This document shows positions 35,878 through 49,075 of a stretch of 64,000 nt of DNA, in pieces. Every line of letters begins with the position of its first letter. Positions within the stretch are counted from its first letter, which is position 1. The translations under genes were made by a program, and so were the position numbers. A model generated the notes under the pieces. The model saw only the letters and a list, made by a program, of their open reading frames with translations. It did not search any database and was not told the origin of the DNA. The stretch is from NCBI GenBank assembly GCA_030390025.1, contig CM059433.1:17858001-17922000 (forward strand). Direction: 5' to 3'. This stretch comes from Squalus acanthias. Taxonomy: Eukaryota.

Positions 35878-37717
35878 AACAACAACAACTTGTATTTATA
35901 GAGCGCCTTTAACGTAGTAAAACGTCCCAAGGCGCTTCACAGGGAGTGTTATAAGACAAAAAAATTGACACCGAGCCACATAAGAAATTAGGACAGCTGA
36001 CCAAAAGCTTGGTCGAACAAGTAGGTAGCGTCTTAAGGAGCGTCTTAAAGGAGGAACGAGAGGTAACGAGGCGGAGAGGTTTAGGGAGAGAATTCCAGAG
36101 CTTAGGGCCTAGGCAGCTGAAGGCACGGCCACCAATGGTTGAGCGATTATAATCAGGGATGCTCAAGAGGGCAGAATTCGAGGAGCGCAGATATCTCAGC
36201 GGGGGGTTGTGGGGCTGAACATAAGAACATAAGAAATAGGAGCAGGAGGAGGCCATTTGGTCCTTCGAGCCTGCTCCACCATTCAATAAGATCATGGCTG
36301 ATCTTGTACCTCATCTCCACTTCCCTGCACATTCCCCATATCCCTTGATATTCAAAAATCTATCGATCTCTGTCTTGAATATACTACAATGTTGCTTCAT
36401 ATGAGGAAATACAAATACGAACAAGACTTAAAAAAATTGGGAGCAATGCAGATTACGGGGTTATATAACAGAAGTGTTTAAAATTATAAAAGGATGAGGC
36501 AGGGTACATTGAAGCAGATTATTTCCAGTAGTTGAGGGGTCGGTCAAAAAACAAAAGGCCATAGATACAAAATTAAGATTTAGAACATTTTTACACAGAG
36601 TTGTGAGGGTGTGGAATTCACTTCCAGGGTTACTAGCTGATGCAGAAACATTGTCAAAATTCTAGATTAGAGCAGACAGAAGGATGAAGAAACAGTTGAA
36701 GGGATATGAGAACAAGGTGGGTAAATGTTATGAGGACTATTTGCTCCTTGGTGGGTAAACACTGACATGGACTGGTTGGGCCGAATGGCCTGCTTCCATA
36801 TTGTAAATTCTATGTATTTCTAGTTCTGGCAATTCCAACATTTAGCCTGAATTAAGATAAATGAATAATCTAAACTGCATCCCTCTCTACTTTCTCTCGC
36901 ATCTCCCCTTACATCCTCTCCAACCTCATCTTGTCCATCAGACACACTTCCTGTTTCTTTGACCCCCACCCCCATTCCCACAAAACCACTCACCAACAAA
37001 CAAACTGAAGGAGATTACAGAGATAGTGAGAGGCGAGGCCATGGAGGGATTTGAAAACAAGGATGAGAATTTTGAAATCAAGACGTTGCTTAACCGGGAG
37101 CCAATGTAGGTCAGGGGTGATGGGTGAACGGGACTTGGTGCAAGTTCGGACACGGGCAGCCGAGTTTTGGATGACCTCAGGCTTACGTAGGGTAGAATGT
37201 GGGAGACCAGCCAGGAGTGCATTGGAATAGTCAAGTCTAGAGGTAACAAAGGCATGGATGAGGGTTTCAGCAGCGGATGAGCTGAGGCAACGGCGGAGAC
37301 GGGCAATGTTATGGAGGTGGAAATAGGCGGACTTAGTTATGCCACGGATATGTGGTCGGAAGCTCATTTCAGGGTCAAATATGACACCAAGGTTGCGAAC
37401 AGTCTGGTTCAGCCTCAGACAGATGCTATGGAGAGGAATAGAGTCGGTGGCTAGGGAACGGAGTTTGTGGTGGGTCCCAAAGACAATGGCTTCAGTCTTC
37501 CCAATATTTAATTGGAGAAAATTTCTGCTCATCCAGTACTGGATGTCGGACAAGCAGTGTGTCAATTTAGAGACCGTGGAGGGGTCAAGAGAAGTGGTGC
37601 TGAGGTAGAGCTGGGTGTTGTCAGTGTACATGTGGAAACTGACGCCGTGTTTTCGGATGATGTCGCCAAGGGGCAGCATGTAGATGAGAAATAGGAGGGG
37701 GCCAAGGATAGATCCTT
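35878..37717 (-). mobile_element. L2 LINE 3' fragment split by CR1 pieces (~36219-37003)
   Basis: PLGDIIRKHGVSFHMYTDNTQLY...NFLQLNIGKTE...HAFVTSRLDYSNALL; GGRAFSCLGPKLWNSLP; (caa)n tail. Confidence 0.92.
36219..36820. mobile_element. Two CR1 3' fragments (36219-36385 on -, ~36390-36820 on +, degenerate)
   Basis: aacataagaacataagaaataggagcagg tail; ttttacacagag...gtggaattcacttcc; gggccgaatggcctgct. Confidence 0.7.
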
Positions 37718-38538
37718 AAATGTTCTAAACCTTTCTGAATCTGGTTCCATTCGCTTGTGTTATTTGGCATCAGTATATTATAATTTTCTACTGCTTGAAA
37801 CATTAATCTCTCGAATGCATATACTTTTATTTTTACCGTAAGCAAATTATGGTGTTCAGCTTGATAATTCCGGCAGCCAAATATTCGCACAGATTTATCA
37901 TGAAATCAGTGTTTGTTCAGTAGCTTACAATGACAATAGCAGCCTTGAGTTAACTTGAAGAAAGTGTTGACAAGCCACAAGGTGGATATAGAGCAAGCAT
38001 GCGACATTCCCTTCATGTTACACAACACAGCACAGCACAGCGCGCCATGTTATCAGGAAGGAGCCTTTTCCAGCTACAGCAGTGGTGGCTGAGAACTGTG
38101 ACAAACTTTTATCCCTTACAGCCTGAAGTTAAATCCGGCTTTTGGCAGAACACAACCCGGCCATGTGTACAGCACAACATGATGAGAATTCTACCTCAGT
38201 GCTGCTATTTATACCGCTTGCTTACTTTGCACTTATACAACTTTGTAATATTCTCGCAGCTTAGTCACACTTTTTGATACAAAGGTGTGATTTTTTTTTT
38301 GCATGGTTGGTCATTTCAAAGCACTTGCTAATAAATTTGTAAATCTATGACAAACCAGACAGAAGCAGAACGAAAATACAAGAAAATATTTCAGATGCGC
38401 TGCTTAGGTAGAAATCCAAAGCGATGTGGAAGAAAGATTCTAAGAACAAACATAGAAGAACTTTTTTAAGTTACCTTGTTAATTGGCATTTTCAGTTCTT
38501 ACTATTTAGGTCTCATTGATGCAGGTGGTAAAGTCACA

Positions 38539-39297
38539 GGCCCGTAATTTCGATAGGAGGCTTCCTGCGTGCGGATGCCTCCTATCGGAAAAAAGTTCTA
38601 CTCACTTACCTGAGGGCTCCCGAGGTTCGGACACTTCCGCTCCTGGGCTTCTCCACAGTCGAAATGCGCAGGGCCCACGTATCCCAGGGGCGCATGCGGT
38701 TCGCAAGCGTCCCTGGGATCACATGGGCCAGACCAGCCAATAGGAGAAGGGAATCTCCCTTCATACTTTTGACAGATAGACCTGTCAAATATATGAATGG
38801 AGATCACCCCAAAGGATACTAAAACATTAAATACATTTTTAAAAACCATCACGTTTTTAAAATGAGTTAAAATTACATTAAATTAAATATTTTGAACAAA
38901 AATGTAATTTTTGAAAAAAATAATTAAAGTTTTTTACGGGGCTAAAAATAAACTTACCTTTTTTAAAAGTATTTTTAAATTATAAATGAGTGAAAACAAA
39001 ATATTTTTTTTACTTTTTTCAACTCTTATGCTGGTAAAAGCAGGCCTTACGCCTGATTTTACCAGGTGTAAGATTTCTAAAGGTTTTCTGCGGGCGGAGG
39101 TTCTGCAGAAAGCGGAACTATCCGCCCGCAGAGGCCCTTCTCCAGGGCAGGCGTCCGATCTGTCAAGAACATTCTTGACAGATCGGAAATGCCGGTTTTC
39201 AGCGCATGCACTTGGCATGCTTGAAACTGGCATTTCCGATGTCCCGACGGTGTGTACACAGCCCATACACACCCGCAGGGGTCAGAAAATACGGGCC
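38539..39297. mobile_element. Harbinger-type MITE related to family D
   Basis: TIRs ggcccgtaatttc / gaaaatacgggcc; shares the gccggttttcagcgcatgc hairpin with 12731-12781. Confidence 0.75.
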
Positions 39298-39473
39298 AAT
39301 GTCTTTGTCATCAAGCTCATACATTGGTATAACTTTCAAACTGCTTCACAGCTGTTTGCTTTGCCACATGTCAAGAATATGTTAATCCACTTGCTGCTCT
39401 GATGACTCAGCAGGTGAGTGGCTGAGCCCTACAGACTAGAAAGATCTTGAGTTTGGTCCCTCAATCTTTGCTA

Positions 39474-40086
39474 CAGAAACATAGAAAAATAGGAGGAGGA
39501 GTCGGCCATTCGGCCCTTCGAGCCTGCTCCACCATTCAATATGATCATGGCTGATCCTCTATCTCAATACCATATTCCCGCTCTCTCCCCATACTCCTTG
39601 ACGCCTTTTGCGTCTAGAAATCTATCTATCTCCTTCTTAAATATATTCAGTGACTTGGCCTCCACAGCCTTCTGTGGTAGAGAATTCCACAGGTTCACCA
39701 CCCTCTCAGTGAAGAAATTTCTCCTCATCTCAGTCCTAAATGTCCTACCCCGTATCCTGAGATGGTGACCCCTCGTTCTAGACCTCCCAGCCAGGGGAAA
39801 CATCCTCCCTGCATCCAGTCTGTCTAGCCCTGTCAGAATTTTATACGTTTCAATGAGATCCCCTCTCATTCTTCTAAACTCGAGTGAATACAGGCCTAGT
39901 CGACCCAATCTCTCCTCATACGACAGTCCTGCCATCCCAGGAATCAGTCTGGTGAACCTTCGCTGCACTCCCTCTATGGCAAGTATATCCTTTCTTAGGT
40001 AAGGAGACCAAAACTGCACACAGTACTCCAGGTGTGGTCTCACCAAGGCCCTGTACAACTGTAGCAAGACATCCTTGCTCCTGTAC
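39474..40086 (-). mobile_element. CR1 LINE 3' fragment, well preserved
   Basis: ORF 39564-40067 LYRALVRPHLEYCVQFWSP...RRMRGDLIETYKIL. Confidence 0.95.
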
Positions 40087-40089
40087 TAG

Positions 40090-40830
40090 CTTTGTCTGTC
40101 GCTGCCTCCTTACTAGCAGCAACCCCAACTGCCCCATCGGCCCTTCTCAGCAAACTTCCGGCCCAGCACACCTGGTAATAACCTCACAACCTCCTTCCTA
40201 TCCAGCTCATCCTATCTACCTCTGCCTCCTGGGACAGCCAGCAGATTATCAATCACCACCCACTCTGTATTTCCCGCCAGCATTTCTATTCACACGTGAA
40301 CCAGGCCCTTAGTCATCCATGGTTGTATTTTGGATGATTGCATTGACATCCTAGCTTTGACTGAAACTTGGCTCACAGATGGCAACACTCATGCCCTTAC
40401 CAAAGACTCCATCCGGCTAAAATTTCTACCACTGCCCTGCGGAAACCATCACGGTGCTGGTGTGGCCCTTATCACCAAATCACCCCCTCAATTTTGGCAT
40501 CTTGTGGCTCCTCTATTGCCATGGTCGCTGTCACTGATGAAGCCATCTCCACCACATTCTTGTATCCTTCGCCACCCATAACCCCCCTATCCCCTTCCAA
40601 CTCCATTTCATTCTGCGTGCACCCTTGGAAAAATATCAAGTCACTTACAACTGAGATATCCATCACCAGATCTGGTTGGACCACCTAAAGCACTCTTCAG
40701 CCTCACTCTCCGCTGCCAAAACCACCTACTGCTCCAGCATCATCCCACAGAGCAAAGGTAACCCCCGGCTTCTTCTCTCAACTACCAACCGTCTCATTAA
40801 ACTCTGCTTCCTTGCCCTCCAAGCCAACTC
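40090..40830 (+). mobile_element. Degenerate L2-like LINE fragment, AP-endonuclease region
   Basis: IDILALTETWL...GAGVALITK; downstream AKTTYCSSII...KGNPRLL. Confidence 0.65.
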
Positions 40831-41130
40831 TTCAACCATCAATATTATTTCCCATCAACTATTAAATTAATATTAACATCTTTGGCTTGCCAACCATTTG
40901 TTCATCATGCCTTTAGATATATTATCAATAAATAATGGTTCCAATTTCTCACTCAGTGGCTTATTAGGCAAATGCATCAAGCAGAATGAAATGAGCTGGG
41001 CAATCCAGAGTTCAATCCCTGATGTGCTGATCCCAGATAGGGCAGCATGGGAAAGGAGAGGAGCATTCTGGGTGCAACAGGTGCTGAAAGTGGCTGGGGA
41101 AGACATTCTGAGCAGGAAGAAGATGTACTA

Positions 41131-43040
41131 ATGGCATAACCGGGGAGAGAGCGGTCTCCAACATTTTCTAACGCAGCACTGAAGGCCTTGGTGCAGATAG
41201 TGGACAGGTGGAGAGAGGTTCTCTTTCTACAGGAGACCGGTTGGCCCTCCAGACAAACTGTGGGAAGGCAATGGGAGCAGATAGCCGTCACGGTCAATGC
41301 CAGCTGTGTAGCCCCAAGGACCTGGATGCAATGCCGCAAGAAGTTTAATGACCTTACACAAGTGGTCAAGGTCAGTGAATTCATCTTCAAATGCAAAATC
41401 CTTACAACTGAACCACTAGGCTCAGACACTGCTCAATTCACCCTCCTGCCCCCCTCCCTCCACTTTACTCACAATCTCTATCAGGACCAATACCTCACAT
41501 TCATAGCTTCACCTCACCCTCACAAACTTACCACTGCTGCAAGCCTCACACTGACATCACACAGCTTGCACACACTGCTAGCTATTCAACCATGACAGGC
41601 ACATCACCCAAACACATTGCACCACACTCACTGACACACTTCCCTCTCTCTTGCAGGACAAGGTAGCTCATAACTGGAGGCAGCAGGGGCTACCTGCAGG
41701 TAGACAGCCTCGCCTGCATGACCTAACCCTCATGGAGGAGACAGTGCTGGAGATTATTTGGAACGGCCATCGCTGAGCCCGTGGCCAGCAGCGGAGCTGA
41801 AACAGTTGAAGATGACGGTATCCTTAAACCTAATCCTCCTTTTCACATCCCACTTACCCCTCATACCACAATCTCTTCTGATTTACAAGCTACAGATGGA
41901 CTTAGCATGCACCTCATGCTTGCCCACCCTCCCCTCACCACAGCCCTACCCTTGTGACTTTCTCCTTTCAGATAGCCAAGAACTGCAACCTGACCAGGCA
42001 GTGGTGGAGGAGCAAGAACTAGAAGAGGACGAAGGCAGTGATGCTGCAGACACAGCACCGTCACTCGATTTCACACTCGCAGCCACCTGCTCAGATACTG
42101 ACACTCCGCGTACTTTAGAGGATAGGTTAGATGCGGGATCTGCACTTGGTGAGACATCGGGCACAAGTAGCCTGCAGCCAGGGCAGGGGGCAAGGGTAGC
42201 GCAGGTGCCAGCTCCCCGAAGGGCAAGGAAGCACACGGGTTCTGCTGCAAAGCACTTAGATGAGGACTTCAATGGGGCAGCCTACAGAAGAAAGCTGATG
42301 GTTACGCATAATGAAATGCTTGGTGCATTGGCAGGCCTGCCAGAAAGCCTGCGTGCAATGTCAAGGAGCATGGAGGAGTCCAGCACTAACTTTGCACAGG
42401 GCTTTGCGCAGAGCTTGCAGTCCATCCTTTCCAGCATGGAAAAGGTGGCCAACTCCATTAGCGCACTTGTGGACCCAACCAGGATGCAGCGTCTGATGGC
42501 CGATGTCTCAGCTTCCATAGCAGCACAAGCGGAAGCCACCCAACATCTGGGTGCTGCAGTGGAAGCTCAAACTTCTGTCATGCAAGTTCAGCTTGCTGCC
42601 ATGCAAGCTCATACTACTGCCATCATGGCTGCGGTACCATTGTTCAAAGGGGCTTGCAGTGTTACAGCAGTCCAGCAATCTGTCCTCCAACAGATTACTA
42701 GGATTGCTGAGGCGCCGCCCCGGGGGAGTGGCAGTGACTCTGTGGGAAGCACGAACCTGCTGTCCTCCACTCAGGATGACAGCATTTGTCCTCCCACCAC
42801 TGCCACTCTGCCAGTGCCCTTGCTGTTGCCTGTCAGCCAGCCAGCCCAGACTGTTGCCACCCCTGCTGAGATGGTGAAGTCTGAAGGTCGTCCTCCAAGG
42901 CCATCTGAACTCTCACCCACTGAAAGTCAGCAGCCTTCCACCAGCCATGCTGCAGCACTGGGGTAGCACTGCATAGGAGCACTAGGCCAGGCAAAGGCAC
43001 ATGAAGGACAGGCACTAAGGGAATGCACAAGGGTGATTAG
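41131..43040 (+). pseudogene. Harbinger Myb/SANT gene (copy J), exons 41131-41370, 41657-41817, 41972-~43040
   Basis: QWEQIA...RTWMQCRKKFNDLTQVVK|gtcagt; ttgcag|; acg|gtatcc; tttcag|; stop at codon 3 and a 1-bp frameshift in exon 2. Confidence 0.9.
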
Positions 43041-43208
43041 TTGACTTTGGTATGTAATATTGGACAGATTGATTTATAAATTTGATTTGGAATGTTTGCT
43101 TTGTGGTGGCGTTTATTGTAGCATTATGACTAAAGGATGCTGTGATGGTCAGTGACAGACTGAAGGTAAGGTGCGGGATTGTTGGTGAATGGGGAATTGG
43201 GGTTGCAT

Positions 43209-44233
43209 TCATTGGTACCATAGTCGGATGAGTTGATCACCTCTTCCTCCTCCTACTACTACTACTCCTTAGCTCTTTGCCCGATACCTGGTGTGAGGGG
43301 CTGTGCCCTCATCATGGCGAGGTTGTGGAGCCTGCAGCAGATCACGACGAATCTGGAGATGTGCTCTGGTGAGTACTGTAGGGCTCTTCCAGGGTGATCC
43401 ATGCAGCAGAAGTGTTGTTTAAGCACCCCAGTGGTCTGCTTGATCACATTCCGTGTAGCAGCCAGGTGGTCAGTCGATTGCCCTTGTCGCCCAGTAGCCA
43501 CCATCTGGTTTACCAAGGTGGCTCAAATGCGGATGGTACAGTGGACTGCCGCAGAATGAAGGCATCATGGCTGCTGCCAGGATACCGAGCACTGACCTGC
43601 ATGGTGCGCTGAGTATGGTCGCACACTAGCTGGACATTGAGGGAGTGGAATCCCTTCCGGTTGCGGTACTTCTCCGAATTCACATGGGGCCCCCCACAAA
43701 GTGACATGTGTAGAGTCAATGGCACCATGGGGAAGCCTGCTTTCCTGGCGAAGACAGGTGCTCGCTCCACCTGCTTGTCTCTGGCAAGAGAGAATTAAAT
43801 GTATTCACCTCTTTTTGCATACAGTGCCTCAGTGACCTCCCTTATGCAACAGTGCAATGGCAAACCAGAAGATGTTGGAAATATCACCTGCTCCAGCCTG
43901 GAAGGAGCATAAAAATTCATGGTCACGCTCACCTTCACAGCCACTGGCAATGCTGTTCTCGCCCTGCTCTGAGGCTGCATTTCTGCCTGCAACAGGTGGT
44001 AGATTTTAGTGAGCGCCTCCTTAGTGAAGTGGAGACGTCGCATACATTGCTCCTCGCTGAGGTTGCGGTAGGAGAATTGCTTCCTGAAGACCCTGGGTAG
44101 ATATGGCCTCCTGCTGAGAATCCTTCTCCCCCCTCCTCCTCCTCCTCCTCCCTCTTCGAGCAGCTTGTCCTCCTCTGTGTTGCTTCTGCTCATTCTCCCT
44201 GTCATGCTGCACGTCAAGGGGGACTGCACCCAT
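43209..44233 (-). pseudogene. HARBI1-type transposase (copy J), frameshifted and deleted
   Basis: [47 protein letters not shown]; the GDKGY region is missing. Confidence 0.9.
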
Positions 44234-44479
44234 CTCTGGGAGCAACTGGTCTCAGCAGAAGCCTTGAAGTAACCTGCCACACCACTCCCTGGAGACTTCA
44301 GCAACTTCAAATAGAATAACAAAGCACCAAACACTTCTACAAACTCACCAAGAGCCAGTAGAAATCAATCAGCAACTAACCTGAAAGCAGTTGATGATCC
44401 CTGTAAATAGCGCTGGTGGGGGGTCCTTCATGCTGCTGAACGGTTGTGACAGGTGCTACACAACCTCACAGCCAATGAG

Positions 44480-44740
44480 GTGCGTTTGAAGTGTAGTCAC
44501 TGTTGTAATGGAGCAGCCAATTTGTGCAAGGTCTCACAAACCTTGTTAAATGACCAACATAATTCTGTTTTAGTGATAATGGTTGATAGATACATGTTGA
44601 CCAGGACACCGGGAGAACTCCCCTGCTCTTCTTCAAATAGCACAAAGGGATCTATTACGTCCACCTGAGAGGGCAGGTGGGGCCTCGGTTTAATGTCTCA
44701 TCCAAACGACGGCACCTCCGAAAGTGCAGCACTCCCTCAG
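44480..44740 (-). mobile_element. Partial DeuSINE
   Basis: Matches 11810-12320 without the palindromic insert. Confidence 0.75.
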
Positions 44741-45637
44741 TAGAGGAGAGCAAGCGTTCCACATCCCAAGAACAGTATTATGCCCGCCCGCACTGTTGCA
44801 GCATAAATCGGGTGAATGGTAGTGGAACTCTGCCCGCTTCGCATCCTGACGAATTTTCCAGATGGAACTGGTAGGGTGGAAGCACCTGTCTCAAACAGGC
44901 AGGCAGTTCATGTAACCATTAATCTGGAGGGGTGCATGTCTGCCCTGTGCGGCATTTTCCATTGGTCTGCCATGCAGGATATCTGGAAGAGGACCAATGA
45001 AGAGGAGCTTGGTGATGTTGAAATCCGTATCCTCTTGCTTCCGCTATTATGGTTCATGGTTGAAATTCATGTCGGTGCATGCTCTTGCCCTAGGTTTAAC
45101 CCCATGCATGAAGGTGTGTGTACCTTATTCACTGGAGCTTAAAGTGCATCTTACACTAGAAATGTACAATATGCACAGTGTGATAAGATGAGTCATCCCG
45201 TCTCACAATGTTGAGTGGTGAGGTTTGCATAATGAGTGGAGGTCTCAGACAGGAGCTTCCCAGTACAGTGTAGGACACTGGATCTCAAACTAAAGATCTC
45301 CCTCCGGAGCTCAGCTCTGAGAAATATAAATACTGTTTTCTCAAACTTGGGTATCACAATATATTGCAGATCAATATGCAAGGAAACATGCCTGTCAGGA
45401 TACATTTGGACGTGGGTAGATTTTATTGCTAGATACTTTACCTTAACGACGTTTCTAAAAAAAAAACCTGGATTTTAATAAGTGCAAATTATTTTGTAAG
45501 GAACAACTATTTAAACAAAAACAAACTAGGAGATGTATAAGAACGTGTTATTGAACCCACGCAACATAATTTTGATCTGACAGCTGTTCTTTCTGTGCAA
45601 ACTTTTCTAAGATAAACAATATGGATGTAACCACTAA

Positions 45638-46229
45638 TACAAAAGCAAAATACTGCGGATGCTGGAAATCTGCAATAAAAACAGAAAATGCTGGAAATAC
45701 TCAGCAGGTCAGGCAGCATCTGTGGAGAGAGAAACAGAGTTAATGTTTCAGGTCGATGACCCTTCGTCAGAACTGGAAAAAGCTGGAGATGGAACAGGTT
45801 TTTAAGCAAGTGTAGGGGCAGGGAAAGGGGGGAGGGGAGGAGAGAACAAAAGGGAAGGTCTGTGATAGGGTGGAAGGCAGGAAAGATTTAGGGACAAAAG
45901 GGATGATGGTGCAAGGCAAAACGAGATGGTAATGAGACAAGTTAAGAAACAAAAGATGGCTCTAGATGAAGTGTAAAGTGCAGAATGAAAGACAGCTGCC
46001 ATGTGGGAGAGAAAAACAATGGAAAAAAGATCACTGGTTAACTGTGCAGCACACAATAACAAGTCAAAGGAAACATCTCTGCTTCACTTAATATTCATTT
46101 ACTTTAAAAGCCAATCCTAGGCAACATTATTCCACAAATAAATGCCATTCACACTTCATCTAGAGCCATCTTTTGTTTCTTAACTTGTCCCATTACCATC
46201 TCCTTTTGCCTTGCACCATCATCCCTTTT
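45638..46229 (-). mobile_element. Penelope-like terminus (P1) with inverted partial copy; hammerhead core at 45738-45774 (-)
   Basis: Minus strand reads agtt-CTGACGA-a-gggtc(atc)gacct-GAAA-catt-aact; ~46150-46229 is an inverted repeat of ~45897-45976. Confidence 0.75.
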
Positions 46230-46722
46230 ATTTATCCTGTACATTGTTTAGCTGAGCAAATAATACTGCATGTTTTTTTCATTTTAAACAATGTAACCCT
46301 TATGTAAAATCTCTGCCAATACTGAATGAGCATTTCTCTGAATCCACAAACTATCCTGGCAGCTGGAACATGTCCACGCTGTTTTTGTGACTTCACCTGA
46401 AATATGATTGTCAGTTTGGATAAACATATTTACACCAAAGGCGAAGTGAATTTTTAGGAGATAAATACCTTTTATTTTAATCTTCACGAAGCCATACAAA
46501 ATGTAAGATATTCCTCTCAAAGCATTTCTCTTTAGATTTAAATTTACCGATTAGTGCTTCCCGCCAGAGACCAGTGGGACTTTTTACTCCCTTTATTCCT
46601 CTTCTCCTCAGCTGAAGGCAGTGGTTGTTGCTGGGAAGACAATCCCACTTGCACCAGCAGCTCTCTGGTACTTTGCTCAAATGACTATTTCTTCATTTGA
46701 GAGCCTGGAGAGTGAGGCTGGA

Positions 46723-46807
46723 CAGTGTGTGTTATTTGAGAGGATGGGCAGTCTGTGTTATTTGAGAGGATGGGCAGTCTGTGTTATTTGAGAAGATGGA
46801 CACTGTG
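46723..46807. repeat. 26-bp tandem repeat, about 3 copies
   Basis: Unit cagtctgtgttatttgagaggatggg at 46723, 46749 and 46775. Confidence 0.9.
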
Positions 46808-47060
46808 GCCATGAAATTCGGCTCCATTTTTTTTGTCGCTATGGGTGCTGTTTTGTGTTCAAAATGGTGTCCGAGCGGCACCGCGCGCACTTCTGGTGCA
46901 GGCTGTGCCGGATGCCATTTTGGTGAGGTTGTTAGTGCGGGTGCTGGGGGTGTGCGCCGGAAGCATGCAGAGTAAGTGGATCGTGGCTTCAAGCTGATTT
47001 GACGCAGGCGCTGCCATTTTCGACCTCAACATTCCAGCTAACGGCCTCTCTTAAACACGT
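46807..47060 (+). mobile_element. Solo Harbinger left end (family of H)
   Basis: ggccatgaaattcgg followed by similarity to 25540-25800. Confidence 0.65.
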
Positions 47061-47500
47061 TTTTATCCCTTGAAAACGAGCTGGATAAAGGATTAGGTAG
47101 AGACTAAGATGATCAAATATTCCGTGCAACAACGGTTCTTGCAGCATGGAGCTGGATGTTGTCTGCAGGATTGCTTGATTACCTTTGGGGAGCAGTGAGT
47201 ATTTACGTCGAACTTTCGAGATTAAGTAGGTCGGGTAAAGTCAGTGATTGGGTAGATTGCACATAATCTGTGGAAGGTATGATTCTTTTGGGCCTAATAG
47301 ACTTTTCTCGTTCTATGCTTCATTGCATTTTTATGTACTTACGAGATCTCCCGTGGCATTCCTCACTGTGAATCAGAGGATAAGTTAAAGTGGGACAGCT
47401 GAAGTTGGACGGGAAGTAAGTGCCATGCTTACAGGAAGTGTGTAATCTATGCAATACTTTTAATATATTACAGAAAGAAAAAGCTTGCATTTATATAGCA

Positions 47501-47650
47501 CCTTTCGTCAGTTCTGATGAAAGGCCATCAACCTGAACCGTTAACTCTGTTTCTCTCTCCACAGATGCTGCCTGACCTGCTGAGTGTTTCCAGCATTTTC
47601 TGTTTCTATTTCAGATTTCCAGCATCCGCAGTATTTGGCTTTTGTCTTTT
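47501..47650 (+). mobile_element. Penelope-like terminus (P1) with degenerate hammerhead
   Basis: agtt-CTGATGA-a-aggccatcaacct-GAAC-cgtt-aact (GAAA changed to GAAC, stem II broken); preceded by the inverted stub cctttcgtcag. Confidence 0.7.
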
Positions 47651-48811
47651 TCAAGCGAGTTGGGCATTTCACCCTCAAGTGTTCTTGCTGAGTTCTGATC
47701 CACAAAGAATAACAGTGACAGAACCTCACACACCACTTCTCCTGACGATGAAAGTGTCTCATAGACACCTTGAACCCTATCAGACATGTGTCCTCTTTCC
47801 AGTTGCCTTCAGGGGCATTCATTGTTGTCTCACTTAATACATAAAACAAAACAATCTATATTGTCATAAAAAGACTCCTCTGTTACAACGGGATTTAATT
47901 AATTTATAAGAAACATAGGAACAATAATGGAGTTGTTGACTAATCTTAGCAATCAATCTCTATCAATTAGTCTACAACAGGCCCAGATATGAGGCAAGGG
48001 AAACCCCAGTGGTGGAAAGGTGGATAAGCTACACTTACTATGTGTCATGTATCAAATCACTCATATACTGTCTTCCAAAATATTATTTTCTAAAAGAAAT
48101 ATAACTAATTTGCATTGAATGAATCAAGACTGTTCCATCGAGTGACCACTCATTGAAATAATGACCTCAATTTTAACCCCTCCCCCCGACGGGCGGGAGA
48201 GGGTCAGGAAGGGTGGGGGTGCGTTTAAAATATCGGTATTGAGCAACCCGACCCCATTCCCGACCCCATTAATATATACGGGAGTGATTCCGCTCTGGAT
48301 GCGGTTCCCACTAAAAGCAGGCGGGGGCCTACTTAAAATACAACAGTCGCGGCCTGATGATGTCATTGGTGCTGCAACTTATTCTTAACCTCATCGCAGG
48401 GGAGTCCCGTGCTGTCTGTTGCCCGGCAGCAGTAATAGGGCAGGAGGAGCCGACTGGCCAGAAGAGGCCCGGGCAAATTTTAGAACTTTGCCGGTTTTAA
48501 GTTCCTTGTGAACCAGGAGGAGCAGGAGTGCTCCCCGCAGGCCTTACAAGGAAGCCTTCGGCCTCCGCACACCCGATCGCTGCCATCAGCGGGCTCCCCA
48601 CTCCCGCTCGCGGCCTCAGCCTTCCTCTTCACTCCTCCCGCCACCACCCACCCCCCACCCGATCACGGCTCGGATCCTTCCTTCTCCCCCCCCCCCCACC
48701 ACCAGTCCTGATAGTGGCCTGAGGCTTGCCCTTCCCACTGACTACCAGGGTCCAATCCTACGGGTCCCTGGCTGCGGCCTCCTGGAGCTAAATGTTTGCT
48801 CCCACATAATC

Positions 48812-49075
48812 ACTCCTCATAATTCAATCCCTCCATCCCCACAATCATTCTGGTTGCCGTCTTCGGTATCCTTTCAATAGCTGCAATAACCTTCCTATAC
48901 TGCGGCAACCAGAACTGTACAAAGTCTTCTAAGTGCGGTCGCACTAATGATTTAGAAAGTGGTAGGATTACCTCACTATATTGGCTCCATATTGATCTTT
49001 TAATGCATCCCAACATCTGATTTGCTTTACTCACTGCCACCGAGCATTGCTGCAGCAGTTTCATTTATTGTCAAT
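48812..49075 (-). mobile_element. CR1 fragment
   Basis: KANQMLGCIKR...LVRPHLEDFVQFWLP. Confidence 0.85.

Noticed and set aside
41758..42966. 402-aa ORF as a novel host gene
   Set aside because: It is the end of exon 2, intron 2 and exon 3 of the Harbinger Myb gene, whose exons 1 and 2 are disabled.
46723..46807. CRISPR-like array
   Set aside because: Plain tandem repeat without spacers, in eukaryotic DNA.
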